Shown here: positions 51,199 through 56,296 of the stretch, in pieces
Position numbering within the stretch: the first letter of the stretch is position 1
Layout of the letters: each line of letters opens with the position of its first letter
Origin: an uncultured Gammaproteobacteria bacterium
GTDB lineage: Bacteria; Patescibacteriota; Microgenomatia; PFEM01; CAZTHI01
DNA length: 56,296 nt
Assembly (NCBI GenBank): GCA_964613135.1
Contig: CAZTHI010000001.1
Location: 14,029-70,324, forward strand
Direction of reading: 5' to 3'
Made by a program: the position numbers and the translations under genes
Notes under the pieces: generated by a model
The model's database searches: none
What the model was told of the DNA's origin: nothing
Seen by the model: the letters and a program-made list of their open reading frames with translations, nothing else

Positions 51199-51212
51199 AC
51201 AAAGTATATAAT
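51185..51212 (+). promoter_or_regulatory. promoter TTGACA-16-TATAAT
   Basis: The third ATG (51220) lies 7 nt after the -10. Confidence 0.65.
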
Positions 51213-51219
51213 GATGAAT

Positions 51220-51516
51220 ATGGATACCGCCGTCATTAATATCAAAATTGATTCTCGGACTAAACTTCAGGCTCAGCGAGTGGCTGCCGGCTTGGGTTTT
51301 AGTTTAAGCGCGCTGATTAATGGTTATTTAAGGCAATTAATCAGAGTAAAGGCGATTAATTTCAATTTAACCAGCGAAGAGCCGAGCGAATATCTGATTC
51401 AAGCTCTGAAAGAATCGGAGGCCAATCGCAAGGCCGGCCGCTTTACTTCTTTCCGGTCCGCTGACGAAGCCTTGGGATTTTTGGACAAGATCATTGATGA
51501 AAACAAAAAGAATTGA
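51220..51516 (+). CDS. RelB/DinJ-family antitoxin
   Basis: 'INIKIDSRTKLQAQRVAAGLGFSLSALINGYL'. Confidence 0.65.
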   Translation: MDTAVINIKIDSRTKLQAQRVAAGLGFSLSALINGYLRQLIRVKAINFNLTSEEPSEYLIQALKESEANRKAGRFTSFRSADEALGFLDKIIDENKKN

Positions 51517-51769
51517 TTATTCTAAAAGATTTATCAAAGACTTCCGCAAGGCCCCTCAGAAAGTTAAAATTGCTTTTCGCCACCGGTTGGAAATTTTTTT
51601 GAGCGACCAACATCACCCGATTTTAAATAATCATGCCTTGGCCGGCCAATACCAAGGCTACCGTAGTCTTAATATTACCGGGGACTGGCGGGCAATTTTC
51701 CGGGAATTGGAAGACGGGAAGGTTTTTTATTTTGATTTGATCGGCACTCACAGCCAGTTGTATCGCTAG
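51494..51769 (+). CDS. RelE/YafQ-family toxin
   Basis: 'DYSKRFIKDFRK...LAGQYQGYRSLNITGDWRAIF'. Confidence 0.7.
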   Translation: MMKTKRIDYSKRFIKDFRKAPQKVKIAFRHRLEIFLSDQHHPILNNHALAGQYQGYRSLNITGDWRAIFRELEDGKVFYFDLIGTHSQLYR

Positions 51770-51780
51770 GTTTGAAAAGG

Positions 51781-51789
51781 TGATATCAT
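51781..51789 (+). promoter_or_regulatory. extended -10 (TGATATCAT), 7 nt before the ATG at 51797
   Basis: TGATATCAT-tgggtta-ATG. Confidence 0.5.
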
Positions 51790-51796
51790 TGGGTTA

Positions 51797-52405
51797 ATGC
51801 TCAAAAAGCTGGCGCTCGCTACTTCGGTGACTTTCTCACTTTTGCTTCTTGCTTCTTTAATCAGTTATGTCATTTGGTTTAATTTAACCAACGATAAATA
51901 CGTGCAACTTTCCCGGCAAAATGAGGAAACGCCGCTGGCGGGGGCTCTGATCCCCAGCCAGGTTTTGGCCGGCCAGGCCGGATATAATCGCCAAAAAATT
52001 ACTCTCAGAGGCAGGGTTAGCCCCGAACTGGTGGTTTGCGAGCGGAAAACATGCCCGGCGGAAGATGTCTGTTGTGGTTGCCCTCCGGAAAGAAATTTGA
52101 GAATTGATGATGCCGGAGCCAGTTTAATTTCCGGTGCCGGCGGCCAGAAAATCTTAACCATCGCCGACGCTCAGGGAGGTGCTTTCTGCCGGCGGTCAAC
52201 CATTAGCTGTGATTACGATTGCCAGGACTGGCTTTTGGGGGGAGTTTATGATGTGCGGGGCACTTTTTTAACGAATACCTTTCAGGTGGAAGCCAAGGTC
52301 TTGGTTAAAAAACCAAGCCTGACGGATTCGATCGGAAACTTCTTTTCGGACCTTAAAAAGAAGATGGGCGGTTTGCGCACCTCCGGCTCCTACGTGCTCC
52401 AGTAG
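51797..52405 (+). CDS. hypothetical membrane-anchored Cys-rich protein
   Basis: TM anchor followed by 'CERKTCPAEDVCCGCPP'. Confidence 0.45.
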   Translation: MLKKLALATSVTFSLLLLASLISYVIWFNLTNDKYVQLSRQNEETPLAGALIPSQVLAGQAGYNRQKITLRGRVSPELVVCERKTCPAEDVCCGCPPERNLRIDDAGASLISGAGGQKILTIADAQGGAFCRRSTISCDYDCQDWLLGGVYDVRGTFLTNTFQVEAKVLVKKPSLTDSIGNFFSDLKKKMGGLRTSGSYVLQ

Positions 52406-52407
52406 TA

Positions 52408-52413
52408 TATAAT
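52408..52413 (+). promoter_or_regulatory. -10 box TATAAT, 7 nt before the typA ATG
   Basis: TATAAT-acttccc-ATG. Confidence 0.5.
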
Positions 52414-52420
52414 ACTTCCC

Positions 52421-54241
52421 ATGGACCAACTAAAAATACGGAATGTGGCGGTCATCGCCCATGTCGATCACGGTAAAACCACCCTGATTGACGCTTTTTT
52501 AAAACAAACGCACGTCTTCCGCGCCAACGAGGAAGAGATGACCGAGGTCTGCATCTTGGACAGCAACGAGCTGGAAAGGGAAAAGGGGATCACTATTCTC
52601 GCCAAAAACATCGCCATTAAATACAAAGGCATCAAGATCAATATCATCGATACGCCCGGCCACGCCGATTTTTCCGGCGAAGTCGAAAGAACGCTGGGTA
52701 TGGCCGACGGCGCGCTTTTAATCATTGATGCCCAAGAAGGGCCGATGCCGCAAACTCGTTTCGTTTTGAAAAAGGCCTTAGAGCTGAACTTAAAAATTAT
52801 CGTGGTGATCAATAAAATCGACAAGCCGTTTGCCCGGATTTCTGAAACGCTGGCCAAGACCAATGATTTATTTTTGGAGTTGGCCACCGAAAACCAGCAC
52901 TTGGAATTTTCCGTTCTTTTTGCCGTCGGCCGGGACGGCAAGGTTTTTAAAGAATTGCCACAAGACATTTCGGTGCCGGCCGATGTTACCCCCTTGCTGG
53001 ACGAAATCATTGGCCAAATTCCGGCGCCGACCAACGACACTGCCGGCCCATTCAAAATGCTCATTTCGTCGCTGGACTATAATTTGCACACCGGTCGCAT
53101 TCTGGTGGGCAAGATTTTCCGCGGTAAATTAGCGATGGGCCAAAAAGTCAATTTGACTCACGACCAAAATACGACCTACCTGATCGACGGCATTTACATT
53201 TCCGATGGTTTAACCAGAAAGGCAGTGACGGAGGCTTTCGCCGGCGATATTGTCGGAGTGACCGGCGTGGCCGAAGGCAACATTGGCCAGACCATTGCCG
53301 AACCGGGCGACACGGAGAGTTTACCATCCAGCGTCATTTCCGAGCCGACCTTGCGCATTGATATCGGTCCCAACTCTTCCCCCTTTTCCGGCCAAGAAGG
53401 CCAGCTTGGTACCAGCCGCCAAATTGAAGAGCGGTTGAAAAAAGAGCTGGAGACGAATTTAAGTTTAAGGCTGGAAAAAATCAGCGGCGGCCGCTTCCGG
53501 GTGGCCGGCCGGGGAGAGTTACACCTGGCGATTCTATTGGAGACGCTCCGGCGCGAGGGATTCGAAATGGAAGTCGGTCGGCCCGAAGTTATCACCAAAA
53601 CCGTGGCTGGTCAAGTCTCGGAGCCCTACGAAGAGGTGACCATTATCGTTTTAAACGCATATCAGGGGACGATTATTCAGGAGATGGGCAAAAGGCAGGG
53701 GGAAATGTTGAAAATGGAGCCGGTTTCGGATCAGGAGATTAAGCTGGTCTACAAAATTCCGACCAGAACCACTATCGGCCTGAGAGGGGTGTTGATGACC
53801 AACACTAAAGGCTTGGCGACGTTAAGCTCGGAGCTGATTGGTTTTGAGCCCATCGGTGAAATTCTGCCCAAAATCAGAACCGGCGTGTTAATCGCTTCCG
53901 AAAACGGTCCGGCCATCGCTTATGGACTCAACGCGGCCCAGGGTCGGGGCATCACTTTTATCGATCCCGGGGTTAATGTTTACGAAGGCATGATTATCGG
54001 CCAAAATAGCAAGGAAGAAGACATCGAAATCAACGTCAATAAGGGTAAAAAATTGAGCAATATGCGCTCCAAAACTTCCGACGGCATTATTCAGCTGGTG
54101 CCGCCGCTCAAATTCAGCCTGGAGCAATCGCTGGGGTTTGTCGAAAATGACGAGCTGTTGGAAATCACGCCCAAATCCTTGCGCTTCCGCAAAAAGTTTT
54201 TGACTGCCCTGGACCGCCGCCGCCAAAGCAGGATGGCTTAA
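52421..54241 (+). CDS. typA: translational GTPase TypA/BipA
   Basis: 'IRNVAVIAHVDHGKTTL', 'DTPGHADF', 'NKID'. Confidence 0.9.
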   Translation: MDQLKIRNVAVIAHVDHGKTTLIDAFLKQTHVFRANEEEMTEVCILDSNELEREKGITILAKNIAIKYKGIKINIIDTPGHADFSGEVERTLGMADGALLIIDAQEGPMPQTRFVLKKALELNLKIIVVINKIDKPFARISETLAKTNDLFLELATENQHLEFSVLFAVGRDGKVFKELPQDISVPADVTPLLDEIIGQIPAPTNDTAGPFKMLISSLDYNLHTGRILVGKIFRGKLAMGQKVNLTHDQNTTYLIDGIYISDGLTRKAVTEAFAGDIVGVTGVAEGNIGQTIAEPGDTESLPSSVISEPTLRIDIGPNSSPFSGQEGQLGTSRQIEERLKKELETNLSLRLEKISGGRFRVAGRGELHLAILLETLRREGFEMEVGRPEVITKTVAGQVSEPYEEVTIIVLNAYQGTIIQEMGKRQGEMLKMEPVSDQEIKLVYKIPTRTTIGLRGVLMTNTKGLATLSSELIGFEPIGEILPKIRTGVLIASENGPAIAYGLNAAQGRGITFIDPGVNVYEGMIIGQNSKEEDIEINVNKGKKLSNMRSKTSDGIIQLVPPLKFSLEQSLGFVENDELLEITPKSLRFRKKFLTALDRRRQSRMA

Positions 54242-54262
54242 GAAATTTAAATTAATTCGCGA

Positions 54263-54268
54263 TATAAT
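54263..54268 (+). promoter_or_regulatory. -10 box TATAAT, 6 nt before the ATG at 54275
   Basis: TATAAT-aagtcc-ATG. Confidence 0.5.
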
Positions 54269-54274
54269 AAGTCC

Positions 54275-54919
54275 ATGCCTAAGGTGATAAAGACTTGCGC
54301 TTTTATTGATGCTTCCAATCTCTTTTATGGTGGGGAAAAAAGCCTGGGGTGGAAAATAGATTATAAAAAACTGATGGGCTATCTGAAAACTAAGTATGGT
54401 GTTACCAAAGTTCTGTATTTTGGAGGCGTGGAAATATATAGTTTTCCATATAGCTATTTAGAAAACGATAGCGTTCCCCTGGGGCTCCTAGAGAAATATT
54501 TGGGGAAATATGTTCGTGATGAGGGAAAAAAATTAGACGAAGCAAAACTATTGCTTCTTTCCAAACATTTACAAAGAATTCGCTTTTACATGAAGCTAGA
54601 AGAATTTGGATACAAATTATATCTAAAGCCCGTAAAGCTTTACCATCAAGGCGACGGCACGACGCAGAGAAAGGCAAATTGTGACGTTGAAATGGCTTTT
54701 TACTTAATGAAAGAAAAAGATAATTTTAATAAGTTGATTTTTCTCTCCGGAGACGGGGATTTTTTACCCGTACTAAAACATTTAAGGGCAATCGGCAAAA
54801 AAATAACCGTCTTGTCCAGGGGTGAAAGAACGGCCAGGGAAATTCGCCAGTTTGCCGGCAACGACTTTCGGGACTTTCACTATTTAAGAGAATTATTGAA
54901 GTTTAAGGAGAAAAAATAA
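54275..54919 (+). CDS. NYN/LabA-like nuclease-domain protein
   Basis: 'CAFIDASNLFYGG' and 'FLSGDGDFLPVLKHLRAIGKKITVLS'. Confidence 0.75.
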   Translation: MPKVIKTCAFIDASNLFYGGEKSLGWKIDYKKLMGYLKTKYGVTKVLYFGGVEIYSFPYSYLENDSVPLGLLEKYLGKYVRDEGKKLDEAKLLLLSKHLQRIRFYMKLEEFGYKLYLKPVKLYHQGDGTTQRKANCDVEMAFYLMKEKDNFNKLIFLSGDGDFLPVLKHLRAIGKKITVLSRGERTAREIRQFAGNDFRDFHYLRELLKFKEKK

Positions 54920-55143
54920 AGGAGACTCATATAGAATCTCCTTCATGTTTAGTAACTAAATATTAGCACTTAAGATATTAAAAGTCAATGTCACTTAGTG
55001 TCGGGATTCACTTTTCACCGTCCCACAATTTGATTTCTACTTCAAGGTAGTGCTTCCGAGAGCCAGAAAAGAAAGAGAAATTATCGAAAGGGATTATTTG
55101 GGGAGAATTGTAGCCTCCAAGGTTCCGGATCTACCAATTTCAT

Positions 55144-55728
55144 ATGCCCAATAACAAGCTTGCAAAACCAAAAACAATAGAAGAGATAAAGCAGGCCATT
55201 AGTAGCTCAGCCACCGGCTTTGATGCATGGTACATACTCCGACAAGCAGATAAAGAAATTAAGGATTTGAAAGAACCCAAAGAATTTACATTAGATTCAA
55301 ATTACTATAAGGCAATGACCCTGTTTGAATTTGATAAGGGAGTTTTGCTATTAAACGCAACCTCTAAGCTTCACGGGGTTTTTGCCCTGGAATTTAGTAA
55401 GAATCTTCAGACGGAATATGGCTGTAGTACCCCAAGTGAGAAATCTATAGCCGAAATAGTATCTCTTAATTTTGTGAGGATTTTGGAAATTCAAAGAAGG
55501 ATTAAGGACACTTTGGGAAGCATAAAAACCAGATACGATGTACAGTATTTAGCTGTTTTGAGCAAGGAGCTGGATAGGGCAGAGAGGCATTATTTGGCCT
55601 CGCTACAAGCCCTTAAAATGCTTAAATCACCTTCTTTTGAAGTAAATATCAAGACAAACACTGCCGTGGTGGGCCAAAATCAAATAGTTCAAGCAAATAA
55701 CGGGCAAAATAACCCTAATGATTCTTAG
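55144..55728 (+). CDS. hypothetical protein
   Basis: 194-aa ORF in an AT-rich segment. No motif recognised. Confidence 0.4.
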   Translation: MPNNKLAKPKTIEEIKQAISSSATGFDAWYILRQADKEIKDLKEPKEFTLDSNYYKAMTLFEFDKGVLLLNATSKLHGVFALEFSKNLQTEYGCSTPSEKSIAEIVSLNFVRILEIQRRIKDTLGSIKTRYDVQYLAVLSKELDRAERHYLASLQALKMLKSPSFEVNIKTNTAVVGQNQIVQANNGQNNPNDS

Positions 55729-55754
55729 TAATTGTTAGTGATTTCGGTAGAAAT

Positions 55755-56198
55755 ATGTTTATGCACTCTTTTGATAAAAGGCCACTTGTAGAAAACTCTC
55801 AGCGCGTAAGCGCGGGTGTGTTTGCCAGAAATTTTTATTTAAAACTCAAACAAAAAGCCTCAGATGATAAGAAAACCTTGCTTGATCCCAAGAATGAAGG
55901 GTTTGTTAGAGATTTGATAGAAATGATTGAGAAAGGATCAACTATCAATTTAAAACAAGAAACGAATGGAAAGATTGAATTTACGGATCAAAACCAAGTC
56001 CGAATGACCTATACAAGGTCTAATTTGGGCAGGGGATTTGTCTTTTGGTTTATTTGCGGGGTGTGTGGAAGGAAAGTTCGCTATCTATATATTCCGCCCA
56101 ATTCTCAAGTTTTGGCATGCCGGACTTGCCATAGACTTGCCTATGATCAGCAAAATGATAATAAAAGATCTCGAAGCCTCAGGGCGCTTCTCAGATAA
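55755..56198 (+). CDS. hypothetical protein with a CxxC..CxxC zinc ribbon
   Basis: 'CGVCGRKVRYLY...CRTCHRLAY'. Confidence 0.4.
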   Translation: MFMHSFDKRPLVENSQRVSAGVFARNFYLKLKQKASDDKKTLLDPKNEGFVRDLIEMIEKGSTINLKQETNGKIEFTDQNQVRMTYTRSNLGRGFVFWFICGVCGRKVRYLYIPPNSQVLACRTCHRLAYDQQNDNKRSRSLRALLR

Positions 56199-56296
56199 TT
56201 ATCCAGTAGCAATTCACCATTTCCATTATTAAGTTCTTTAGGTGTTTGACTACGATACGTTGTCAGAGTATATTTACTGACAATGTATTTAAGGAT

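Noticed and set aside
52468-53064. 198-aa minus-strand ORF
   Set aside because: It is antisense to typA. It is a shadow ORF.

Overview
This window looks like a gene-dense chromosomal segment of a small-genome bacterium, possibly Patescibacteria/CPR-like. That assignment is an inference from the short EF-Ts, a CPR-style L28, archaeal-type PEP carboxylase and ProRS, and many small accessory genes. Core content, in order: rpmG, 3 tRNAs, def-fmt, mreBCD-mrdA, topA, a dTMP/folate block (dcd, thyX, tmk, glyA, purF, folD), rpsB-tsf-frr-rseP, proS, rpsU, dnaX-ybaB-recR, cysK-cysS and typA. Between these sit toxin-antitoxin modules (a hicAB remnant, two vapBC pairs, relBE, Fic) and small accessory islands. 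The most notable observations: (1) more than 20 tandem arrays of AT-rich heptanucleotides lie in-frame inside housekeeping genes. The same array family also flanks, in inverted orientation, a gene of the 23S-rRNA-IVS four-helix-bundle protein family. (2) A textbook leader-peptide attenuator with three consecutive Cys codons precedes cysK-cysS, and a T-box leader precedes proS. (3) A 40-nt palindromic insert splits a yvcK/cofD-like gene. (4) A metalloprotease and a dockerin-like module are separated by a single in-frame TGA, inside a 1.7-kb insertion bracketed by a duplicated fmt 3' end. (5) Extended -10 boxes sit 6-7 nt upstream of start codons throughout the window, which implies leaderless mRNAs. 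Several genes look decayed or frameshifted; these could be real or could be assembly errors. Hand-derived coordinates were anchored to the ORF track and may be off by 1-2 nt.
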